From: Candidatus Sumerlaeales bacterium
Lineage (GTDB): Bacteria; Sumerlaeota; Sumerlaeia; Sumerlaeales; Sumerlaeaceae
Assembly: GCA_038243585.1 (NCBI GenBank)
Contig: JBBSQY010000045.1
Span: forward strand, 1 to 26,302
Length of the DNA: 26,302 bases
Direction of reading: 5' to 3'
Shown: piece by piece, positions 17,579 to 25,170 of the stretch
Position numbering within the stretch: position 1 is the first letter of the stretch
Layout of the letters: each line of letters begins with the position of its first letter
Made by a program: the position numbers and the translations under genes
The notes under the pieces: generated by a model
Databases searched by the model: none
Seen by the model: only the letters and a program-made list of their open reading frames with translations
What the model was told of the DNA's origin: nothing

Positions 17579-19002
17579 TCTATCCATTGGAGAACCCGTA
17601 TGGCTGGTATTCTAATGTAATTATCGTCCGGACGTCCAGTGTCATTGCCCTTGCTACGGCTACGGCTACGGCTTTTCGGTTCTCTGCGCTTGTTGTCAAG
17701 GCCTCTTCCTTTGTTCGACGCCAGCGCGGCGTCATCCGGGTTATACACTTCCAGTTGCCGCACCACCACGGCTTCCACCGTCTGCTCTGCTCTTCGGGTG
17801 GTGCCAATGCCGATAATGCGAAAAGTTTTCGAGCTAAACGTGGGCTGAATCCCGAGAGACGCCAACTGACCCAGTGCGGCTGTATCCACTCCCGGAACCT
17901 GCGCAATATCTTTCATGCTTTTAAACGCTGTTTCCGGGTCCGGAGCCCGGTTGTCATTGTCTCCGCGGAAGTCCGCAATAGATTCCGCTGCGGCCTTTGC
18001 CTGTTCAATGGAAGCAAAATCCGTCGCCGCGTGGATCAGGATGGTAAGCACCTCAATGGGTGCCGTGTTTAGGTTAATGCGTCCGTTTCCGCCTTCCGGC
18101 GATACGGTTATGATATCCTTCATGGGGAGAGCTTCGCTTTTCCGGCCACGCGTCCGCTCCCGCTTGGCCCGAACCCGCCTCCCGGATGCTATGGCGTCCC
18201 GAACCGACATCTCGTCTTTTTCCTTCTTCTCCGGATCATAACCCAGAAAGAGTTCTGGGAACTGCGAAACGCCATAGACGTCAAGCAGTTGATCAGTCGT
18301 CAAAAATTGTTCGTTGGGGGTTCGATACATTAACTGATCCGCGGCCATATCCGGCTTCACACGTTGACCGAGCTCGGCGCTGTAGTACTCGTTTTCATAA
18401 GCGCCCGGCTCTCCGCCGGCCATGTCATCCTGGTCTCGATAATCAACAACGGCATAGGCTATGTCATCGGAATCCGGAGCTTCAAATCCGTAATACTCCA
18501 TCATTGCCTTGATGACTTTAAAATTGGCGTGGTTGAGGGGGATTTTGCTTTCTTCATCAACAATCTTCACTTCATAGGTGCGGTCCGGATGAAGCTTCTT
18601 ATCCGGCTGCACCACCCGTTCTTTGTCAGAAAGATCCCGCATGGCCCACACGTCACTGAAAGCGTCATAGGGCTGGTTCGGGTTCTCTTCATAGTCGATA
18701 ATCATGTCGTTTTGCAGGTGTGTGATTCCAACCGATACGGCGCTCTTGGCCAGGTTATATGCATTAAACTGCTCTTTTTGAAGCAGCGCCAGTTTCGAGC
18801 TGACCTGCACGTCAAACGCCAGCGACGAGGCGATTATCCCCAACACAACGACAATCCAGAGGGTCAACACCAGCACCACGGCGCGGCGGCGCTGGGGATA
18901 GCGAGTCTGCCCTCCGCGCATCCATCTGCCCACGCCCGCCAGCAACCGCACGGTAGCCGCGTCCGCTGCACTGCGAGCTCTCATTTTCCGATGTGCTTTC
19001 AT
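17575..19002 (-). CDS. gspK: Type II secretion minor pseudopilin GspK
   Basis: RRRA|VVLVLTLWIVVVLGIIA (no E5), IVDEESKIPLN, AVVDYRDQDD, PNEQFLTTDQLLDVYG, GRINLNTAPIEVL, FSSKTFRIIGIG. Confidence 0.9.
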   Translation of the reverse strand: MKAHRKMRARSAADAATVRLLAGVGRWMRGGQTRYPQRRRAVVLVLTLWIVVVLGIIASSLAFDVQVSSKLALLQKEQFNAYNLAKSAVSVGITHLQNDMIIDYEENPNQPYDAFSDVWAMRDLSDKERVVQPDKKLHPDRTYEVKIVDEESKIPLNHANFKVIKAMMEYYGFEAPDSDDIAYAVVDYRDQDDMAGGEPGAYENEYYSAELGQRVKPDMAADQLMYRTPNEQFLTTDQLLDVYGVSQFPELFLGYDPEKKEKDEMSVRDAIASGRRVRAKRERTRGRKSEALPMKDIITVSPEGGNGRINLNTAPIEVLTILIHAATDFASIEQAKAAAESIADFRGDNDNRAPDPETAFKSMKDIAQVPGVDTAALGQLASLGIQPTFSSKTFRIIGIGTTRRAEQTVEAVVVRQLEVYNPDDAALASNKGRGLDNKRREPKSRSRSRSKGNDTGRPDDNYIRIPAIRVLQWIE

Positions 19003-20060
19003 CGGTTGCCTCCAGTCGAACTGCCGGCGGAGCTTTTGGAACTCTTGCCGGAAGACCCGCCCTTGTCGCGATTTTTACGACGGGAATTAGCGCGAGCCCC
19101 CTTCAGTTCGTCGTCCTCGTCGTTCGGCACATAAGTTTCCATGGCGTATTTATTGTTCATGACAATGGTCTGGCGATAGATTTGCGCGCCGTCGGGATTA
19201 TCCATGTCGGTGGCGAATTTAAACGTAACCTCGAGCCAGCCCGGCAGATTATCAGCCCGGCTTTGCTGCGCCTGCTGCTGCACCTGACCAGAAAGCGAGG
19301 CCGCCGCGCCAGTGTTAACGACATCCTGCGACGCGTTCTCACCCATCGTGCCGACGATATCGTCATCCTCTTCCTCTGGGGGATTGCGATATTCTGAAGC
19401 GTTGCTGTCCCAAGATTCTGCCAGCAGCCAGTCCTCTTCAAAATAATATCCATACTTCACGTCGAAACCAACGCAGTTTTCCGCCAGTTTGTCAATAGTC
19501 GGCAGCGTTGTTTTGGGAATCACGTTCCCATCTTCGTCGGTTTCCGGCTTTGTAATGTCGTCCACGGCACGGTACAGACTGTTATCTACCACATAATAGG
19601 TGATACGGCCAAGGCCCCAAAGCGGGCGCGACTCATCCAGTGAGAAACCCATATAGCGCACAAACGAAAGCTGATCAGTTCCTGAATTGTCCTCACCAGA
19701 AAAGGAAAGATCAATGGGCGGCCCGAGATCAGGCAGGTTTTCGTCGACAACGTCCCGGCCAGACGCCGTTTGTAGATTTGTCTCATTCGCGCTCGTCTCG
19801 GCTTCCTGCTGACGCCGCGCTACGTTGTACTCCGATTCCGGCTTGTAGTAAATATTATGGAGGTCTTGAGCCAGCTTATTGACCGCGAACCGGCCCAGCT
19901 GCTGCTGCGAAGCGTGCTCTGTGCCCATGGTGTAGGCCTTCATGCCGGTACGAAAGGCCGCGAACAGCGCCGTCATCATAATGGAAAAGATGACCATAGC
20001 CACCATGATTTCGATAAGGGTGAAGGCGCGCGTAGTCCGCGACGGATGAAGGCGCTCCAT
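18999..20060 (-). CDS. GspJ-like minor pseudopilin
   Basis: TRA|FTLIEIMVAMVIFSIMM, LAQDLHN, ITYYV...LYR, LPGWLEVTF; lies directly before gspK. Confidence 0.85.
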   Translation of the reverse strand: MERLHPSRTTRAFTLIEIMVAMVIFSIMMTALFAAFRTGMKAYTMGTEHASQQQLGRFAVNKLAQDLHNIYYKPESEYNVARRQQEAETSANETNLQTASGRDVVDENLPDLGPPIDLSFSGEDNSGTDQLSFVRYMGFSLDESRPLWGLGRITYYVVDNSLYRAVDDITKPETDEDGNVIPKTTLPTIDKLAENCVGFDVKYGYYFEEDWLLAESWDSNASEYRNPPEEEDDDIVGTMGENASQDVVNTGAAASLSGQVQQQAQQSRADNLPGWLEVTFKFATDMDNPDGAQIYRQTIVMNNKYAMETYVPNDEDDELKGARANSRRKNRDKGGSSGKSSKSSAGSSTGGNR

Positions 20061-20572
20061 CAGATCCCCTCCTCTTCGCTGAACAATTCGTTTCGGAGCT
20101 TCGATTCATAGCTGAACCGCTCCAGCGGGGCGAGGATCAGAAAGGCGTCAGCGGGGTGCGTAACCCGGCCGCGCGGATCGTTATAGGTTATGGACAGGTT
20201 CACAGCCTGTAATTCGCGCAGATTCTGCGGACGCGTCTCTGTTTTTAAGCGATATTTCAGTTTCTCTTTGCTGCTTACCACGTCGTACGAGTAGCGAGGG
20301 AAGCCATCGCTTTCGAAATCACCGCTGGACTTGCCCTTGCCCGGAGGCTCAGCCTCCATTGACTGGAGCGCCGTCTCCGCCAGCACAGTCGCGACGGTAG
20401 TAGAGTCGTTCTTTCGGATGGCAGACAGCGACAGCGTAAATGAGCGCATCATGGTTGCGATGGATATCCCCAGAATAACCATGGCGACAATTACCTCAAG
20501 CAGCACAAACCCGGACGCGGGGGAGCGTCGGGGTGGGAGCACCCTGAATTTTGTCATCCCGGAGCCCGCCAT
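20060..20572 (-). CDS. GspI-like minor pseudopilin
   Basis: ASG|FVLLEVIVAMVILGISI, ATVLAETAL, SGDF...PRYSY; lies between the H- and J-like genes. Confidence 0.85.
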   Translation of the reverse strand: MAGSGMTKFRVLPPRRSPASGFVLLEVIVAMVILGISIATMMRSFTLSLSAIRKNDSTTVATVLAETALQSMEAEPPGKGKSSGDFESDGFPRYSYDVVSSKEKLKYRLKTETRPQNLRELQAVNLSITYNDPRGRVTHPADAFLILAPLERFSYESKLRNELFSEEEGI

Positions 20573-21285
20573 TACCTGTCCGCCTCTGCGGCTACGTAGG
20601 CGTTGTTATAATTCGGTGGGAGGGGATAGTTGACCGATCCACGTTCCGCCGCTACGGTTTCCAGATCACCTTTATTAAGTTCCACCATCCCCGTAGACTT
20701 CAATACTTCCAGCGTAAACACCGACGGGGTGCCGTTAGTAAACGAAATAAAGCCCGGCGACGCAGTCCCGTCGGGATAAAAGTCAAACGCGATTATGCCG
20801 TTTTTGAGGATGTTGTCCTCCAGCGCGTTCACTTCCATAAATTCCACCCGCGTATCCAGGTCCCGCTTACGCTCCATATTGGTTTTTGGCTTTTTAGGAT
20901 CATAACGCCCGGTTTTTTCATCCGGCGTACGCAGGTCCATCCAGAACTGGTGCTTCTTCGTATCCAGAAAGAGCTGGGTGGTGCGGCCATTAAAAACCGC
21001 TTCCGTGCGGGCATACTTCATTAACGTCGTCACCTGGCGTACCGATGAACGCAACCGGTTACCTTCCGCCGTGGAACGCATTGACGGAATCATAACCGTA
21101 AACATAATGGCCACAATGATTACCACGACAATGATCTCAATCATCGTGAACCCGCGATTCCCAGCCAGTGTAGGAACGGCTCGCCGAGCCGTCCGCAAAC
21201 TCCGGGTAGGGATGGCTCGCCGAGCCGTCCGCAAACTGCTCCCAGACGTTAAACCGTATCCGCTATGGCGATGATTAAAAAACAA
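20572..21285 (-). CDS. GspH/FimT-like minor pseudopilin with REP-derived leader
   Basis: NRG|FTMIEIIVVVIIVAIM, LMKYARTEAV, FDFYPDGTA; TTG start 3 nt after the gspF stop. Confidence 0.85.
   Translation of the reverse strand: MFFNHRHSGYGLTSGSSLRTARRAIPTRSLRTARRAVPTLAGNRGFTMIEIIVVVIIVAIMFTVMIPSMRSTAEGNRLRSSVRQVTTLMKYARTEAVFNGRTTQLFLDTKKHQFWMDLRTPDEKTGRYDPKKPKTNMERKRDLDTRVEFMEVNALEDNILKNGIIAFDFYPDGTASPGFISFTNGTPSVFTLEVLKSTGMVELNKGDLETVAAERGSVNYPLPPNYNNAYVAAEADR
21170..21237 (+). repeat. Tandem GTAG-type REP palindromes (36-nt period) inside the GspH-like leader
   Basis: GTAGGAACGGCTCGCCGAGCCGTCCGCAAACT at 21170 and GTAGGGATGGCTCGCCGAGCCGTCCGCAAACT at 21206; same family as 5024/5066. Confidence 0.88.
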
Positions 21286-21288
21286 GCG

Positions 21289-22500
21289 TTACGCGCCCGG
21301 ATCGATAGAGAAAATGGGAAGCAGCATACTAATGACGATAAAGCCTACCACAAGACCCATAAACAGGATGATGAGTGGCTCCAGCAGGCTGGTGAGGGTC
21401 TTCACATCGCGGTCGACTTCGGTGTCGAAACTCTTCGCGACCTTTGACAAGACGTTGTCAAGGCGTCCAGTCTCTTCGCCAATAGCCATCATGTTGACAA
21501 CAATCGGCGGGAAAACCTTGCTGTTGCGCAGCGGAGCCGCGACGCCCTCGCCCTGGGTCACGTTTTCCGGTATGCGGGCGACTTCATCCGCGACGATCTG
21601 GTTGTTCAAAACACCATGGGTTATGTCAAGGGCTGGCAGGATGGAGACGCCGTTGTGCAGGAGGCTGCCCAGCGTACGGGCGAAATTGGCGATCTCCTTC
21701 TTGATGATCATGGGGCCCAAAATCGGAATTTTGAGGATGAACGTGTCAATGGCACGCCGGCCTTCTTTGGTGTTTTTCATCCGCATTAAAATGAAAACGA
21801 GGGCGACGATAGAGCCGATGACCATATACCAGTACGATTGCAGGAACTTGCTGACGCTGATAAGGATGACGGTCGTCGCAGGAAGTTGCTGGTCCAGATC
21901 CTCATAAATTTTCATGATCTTCGGCATAACCACAGTCAAAAGCACCATGATGGCGCCCGCCCCCGCCAGCACCATGACTATGGGATAAGCCAGGGCGCTT
22001 TTGACTTTAGAGCGAGTCTCGGCTTCGTTTTCTGAGAAATCAGCCAGCCGCTGGAGCACCTGGTCGAGAAGTCCGCCAGCCTCGCCGGCCTTTACCATGG
22101 CGATGAACAGCTTGTTAAAAACCTTGGGATGGCGAGACATAGCCCCAGCCAGTGAGTCACCCCCGGATACATCCTGGGTTACCTGTTGGATAATCTGGCG
22201 AAGGGTTGGATTTGGGGTTTGATTCTGGAGCACGGACAGCGCCTTGACCAGCGGAATACCCGAGCTGAGAAGATCCGCGAGCTGGCGATTGAAGCTGGCC
22301 ATATCGTTGATCTTGACGCGCTTCTGTCGTCCCTGGCTGGCAGAGGCCACCGCGGCGCTGGACTTTGAGTCCTGCACCGAGACCGGAAAGTAACCCATCG
22401 CCTGCAAACGCGTAATCACGTTGGCTGGACTTTCCGCCTCAAGCGTGCCGGAAACCAGTTGTCCGCTGTTGTCTTTAGCTTTATAAGTAAACTGTGGCAC
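21289..22500 (-). CDS. gspF: Type II secretion/type IV pilus platform protein GspF/PilC
   Basis: MPQFTYKAKDNSG, RQLADLLSSGIPL, MVKAGEAGGLL, SALAYP, GEETGRLD, LLEP...LLPIF. Confidence 0.95.
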   Translation of the reverse strand: MPQFTYKAKDNSGQLVSGTLEAESPANVITRLQAMGYFPVSVQDSKSSAAVASASQGRQKRVKINDMASFNRQLADLLSSGIPLVKALSVLQNQTPNPTLRQIIQQVTQDVSGGDSLAGAMSRHPKVFNKLFIAMVKAGEAGGLLDQVLQRLADFSENEAETRSKVKSALAYPIVMVLAGAGAIMVLLTVVMPKIMKIYEDLDQQLPATTVILISVSKFLQSYWYMVIGSIVALVFILMRMKNTKEGRRAIDTFILKIPILGPMIIKKEIANFARTLGSLLHNGVSILPALDITHGVLNNQIVADEVARIPENVTQGEGVAAPLRNSKVFPPIVVNMMAIGEETGRLDNVLSKVAKSFDTEVDRDVKTLTSLLEPLIILFMGLVVGFIVISMLLPIFSIDPGA

Positions 22501-22565
22501 TATAAATCACACATTCTATAAATTTTGCAGTAAAAACTAAAACCCCGGTGGGCAAGCCGGCATCA

Positions 22566-22589
22566 TGGAGTGCGGCGACCTGTCGCCGC
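22566..22589 (+). repeat. REP-like palindrome TGGAGT-GCGGCGAC-CT-GTCGCCGC in the gspE-gspF spacer
   Basis: 8-bp perfect inverted repeat preceded by TGGAGT; single copy in the window. Confidence 0.45.
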
Positions 22590-22657
22590 CCTGGCTGTGC
22601 GCGGAGCGTACCCGGTGATCCCGCAGGAAACATAGGGGCGATGACTCCCAACCCCTG

Positions 22658-24382
22658 TTACACCGGATCATTAAACTCTTCTTCCATCGTCACGCGCATC
22701 ACCTCGTCGATCGTCGTGACGCCCGCCCGAACCTTAATAAAACCATCCTCGCGGATCGTTCGCAGATGATCTGCGATGGCCTGTCTCTTCAATATGTTGG
22801 CTGGTTTCCGATCCACGATCAGCGCCTTGAAGCCCTCCGTAATCTTTACGATCTCATAGATGGCGGTCCGGCCCCGGAAGCCGGTAAACCGGCATTTTTC
22901 GCAGCCAACCTGCTTCATGAACGTCGCGTTGCTGGTGTCGATCCGCTGAGAATGGAGGCGTGAGATAACCTCTTCGCCCGGCTCATAGCCCTGCTTGCAG
23001 TGGACGCACAGCATCCGCACGAGGCGCTGGGCGATAAGCCCCTCCACCGACGATGCGATCAGAAATGGCTCGATACCCATATCCAGCAGACGGCTGACCG
23101 CGCCGCAGGCATCATTCGTATGCAACGTCGAAAACACCATATGGCCCGTCAGCGCCGCCTGGATCGCCGTTTGAGCGGTCTCAGCGTCACGAGTCTCACC
23201 CACCATGGTCACGTCCGGATCCTGACGAAGAAAGCTACGCAGTACGTTTTTAAAAGTCAGATCGATATGTTCCTGCACCTGGACCTGCGTCACCCCGGGC
23301 ATACGGTATTCGATTGGATCTTCCACCGTCAGGATTTTCTTATCCGTCTTATTGATGGTCGAAAGCGATGCGTAAAGAGTCGTCGATTTTCCGGAACCAG
23401 TAGGGCCGGTAACGAAAAGAATGCCGTGAGGTTTCTCGATCATTGCGCTTAAAAGAGTTAAGTTGTGAGAATCAAGACCCAGGCGCTCTAGGCTGACAAG
23501 CTCAGACTCCCGGCTGAGAATACGAATGGCGATCGACTCGCCATAGGGCGTCGGCACCGTGCTCACACGAAGATCGTATTCCTTTTCCCCCGCCTTAATT
23601 TTAATCTTACCATCCTGTGGCAGACGGCGTTCGGCGATGTTCAGATCCGCCATGATCTTCAGACGGGAGATAATCGCGCTCTGAAACCGCTTAATGCTGG
23701 GCGGAATGGCCGCCTCGTACAGCAAGCCATCGATGCGATACCGCACCCGAAGCTCCTGTTCCAGTGGCTCCACATGGATATCCGTTGCCCGGTCGTTCAT
23801 GGCCTCATTAATGATCTGGTTCACGAATCGGACGATTGAGGCGTCTTCCGCCATCTCGTCGATATTTTCAATGCCGCGCTCCGCATCCACCGGGTTGCCG
23901 TCGTCGCGCTGATCCTCGATCAGGCCTTCAACCGTCGCCGCGCCGATGCCGTAATAACGCTTGATCGCGTCGTCGATCTCTTTCTTCGTAGAGACGACCG
24001 GTTCAATATCCATTTTCAGCAGGAATCGCAGATCGTCCAGCATATGGATGTTCAGGGGATCGACCACCGCCACCCGCAGGCTGCCGTTGTGCTGCTCAAG
24101 GGGCACCAGGTTGTAGTGATTCACCAGCTTGGCGGGAATCTTTTCGACGACATCCTTCGGAATAGTCCGCTCGCTGATCTTGACAAAAGGCATCTGGAGC
24201 TGTTCCGCCAAGGCCCGCTGCACGTCCTCATCGCTGGCCAAGCCAAGCCGCACCAGCACGCTGGCGATGCGGTCGCCCGTCTTGTTATGTTCCAGGATAG
24301 CCTCGTCCAGGCCGTCCATGTCAAGCTTCCCCTGGCTTACCAGCACCTGGCCAAGCTGCTGCTCCTGCGTAAACATCATCAT
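22658..24382 (-). CDS. gspE: Type II secretion/type IV pilus assembly ATPase GspE/PilB, full length
   Basis: N1 domain, ATDIHVEP, RLPQDG, GPTGSGKSTTLY, TVEDPIE, LRQDPD, GHMVFSTLHTND, CVHC...CEKC, GRTAIYE; GGGGAG RBS. Confidence 0.96.
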   Translation of the reverse strand: MMMFTQEQQLGQVLVSQGKLDMDGLDEAILEHNKTGDRIASVLVRLGLASDEDVQRALAEQLQMPFVKISERTIPKDVVEKIPAKLVNHYNLVPLEQHNGSLRVAVVDPLNIHMLDDLRFLLKMDIEPVVSTKKEIDDAIKRYYGIGAATVEGLIEDQRDDGNPVDAERGIENIDEMAEDASIVRFVNQIINEAMNDRATDIHVEPLEQELRVRYRIDGLLYEAAIPPSIKRFQSAIISRLKIMADLNIAERRLPQDGKIKIKAGEKEYDLRVSTVPTPYGESIAIRILSRESELVSLERLGLDSHNLTLLSAMIEKPHGILFVTGPTGSGKSTTLYASLSTINKTDKKILTVEDPIEYRMPGVTQVQVQEHIDLTFKNVLRSFLRQDPDVTMVGETRDAETAQTAIQAALTGHMVFSTLHTNDACGAVSRLLDMGIEPFLIASSVEGLIAQRLVRMLCVHCKQGYEPGEEVISRLHSQRIDTSNATFMKQVGCEKCRFTGFRGRTAIYEIVKITEGFKALIVDRKPANILKRQAIADHLRTIREDGFIKVRAGVTTIDEVMRVTMEEEFNDPV

Positions 24383-24509
24383 AATCTAAAGCTCCCCAAC
24401 CGTCATTACTTGCCGCGCGATACAAAACGTTCCATGCAAGGGATCAAGAGTCATACCATGATAAATCAGATGCGGGTATTGCAAGAACGGAATAAGAAAA
24501 ACCAAAGAA

Positions 24510-24556
24510 GCGCCATATATGGGGCTGTCAATTGAGAAAACGCCAAGATATGGTAC
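24510..24556. promoter_or_regulatory. Tandem NrdR-box-like operators (24510-24525 and 24541-24556) flanking a TTGACA hexamer on the minus strand
   Basis: gcgCcAtATaTgGggc and cgcCaAgATaTgGtac versus consensus acaCwAtATaTwGtgt; starts are 31 bp apart; TTGACA (minus strand) at 24531-24526. Confidence 0.5.
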
Positions 24557-24598
24557 CAATGGCACCCCATCTCCGCAAAAATCTCATCACCTCAAGCC

Positions 24599-24629
24599 GT
24601 AGCTTTAACCGAAAAACCACGGTTAAAGC
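24599..24629. repeat. Intergenic hairpin GCTTTAACCG-AAAAACCA-CGGTTAAAGC (REP-like or regulatory)
   Basis: Perfect 10-bp stem 24602-24611/24620-24629, with GTAG at 24599 overlapping its first base. Confidence 0.4.
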
Positions 24630-24657
24630 GGATTATCACGGCCAGCTAAGCAATGAA

Positions 24658-24680
24658 GTCGCATAGGCGTCCCGCCTGAG
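24658..24680 (+). repeat. Degenerate REP-like palindrome GTCG-CATAGGC-GTCCC-GCCTGAG
   Basis: Same layout as the other REPs (tetranucleotide, stem, pyrimidine-rich loop) but imperfect. Confidence 0.3.
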
Positions 24681-25170
24681 TAATCCAATCAGTTGGCCAC
24701 AAAAATCCACATCAGCACACGACAAAATCCAACCCCCAAACTCCAGGTCACAAATTAACACACCCATGAAGCATCATAAACCACCCAAGCATCACAAAAT
24801 AACAGTGCATCCACTAGATCCAGCCTCCTCTTTCGTACCACTATAGCCAGACATCGCACAGCCCATAGCATGTCGGTCCCAATGCAGGCACAACTGCTTG
24901 TACGCACAAAGAAAAACGACATAACTTTCACTTTTTTCTTGCGGGAAGCACAAAGGTTGGGCAGGTTAACGCTCAAATTGGGTCATAATACGTTTAAAAA
25001 ACGGTCAGATCGTCTCCATTAGACGACGTAAACGGGCCAAGAGGAACTGAAAAAGAATGAACACCACAGGCAGCAGGGACATCTTGGAAACGACATCAGG
25101 CGGCGCGGCGAACGCGACGGACGTTGCAAAAATTTATGGGGCGCAAAGCCCCGAACTAGGGGGCAACACA

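Noticed and set aside
5016..21237. Palindromic repeats as a CRISPR array
   Set aside because: Only pairs, with tandem spacers of a few nt or inverted orientation, located inside genes; no cas genes.
24690..24980. A/C-skewed intergenic tract and 73-aa minus-strand ORF 24755..24976
   Set aside because: No coding signals, periodicity or recognisable RNA structure.
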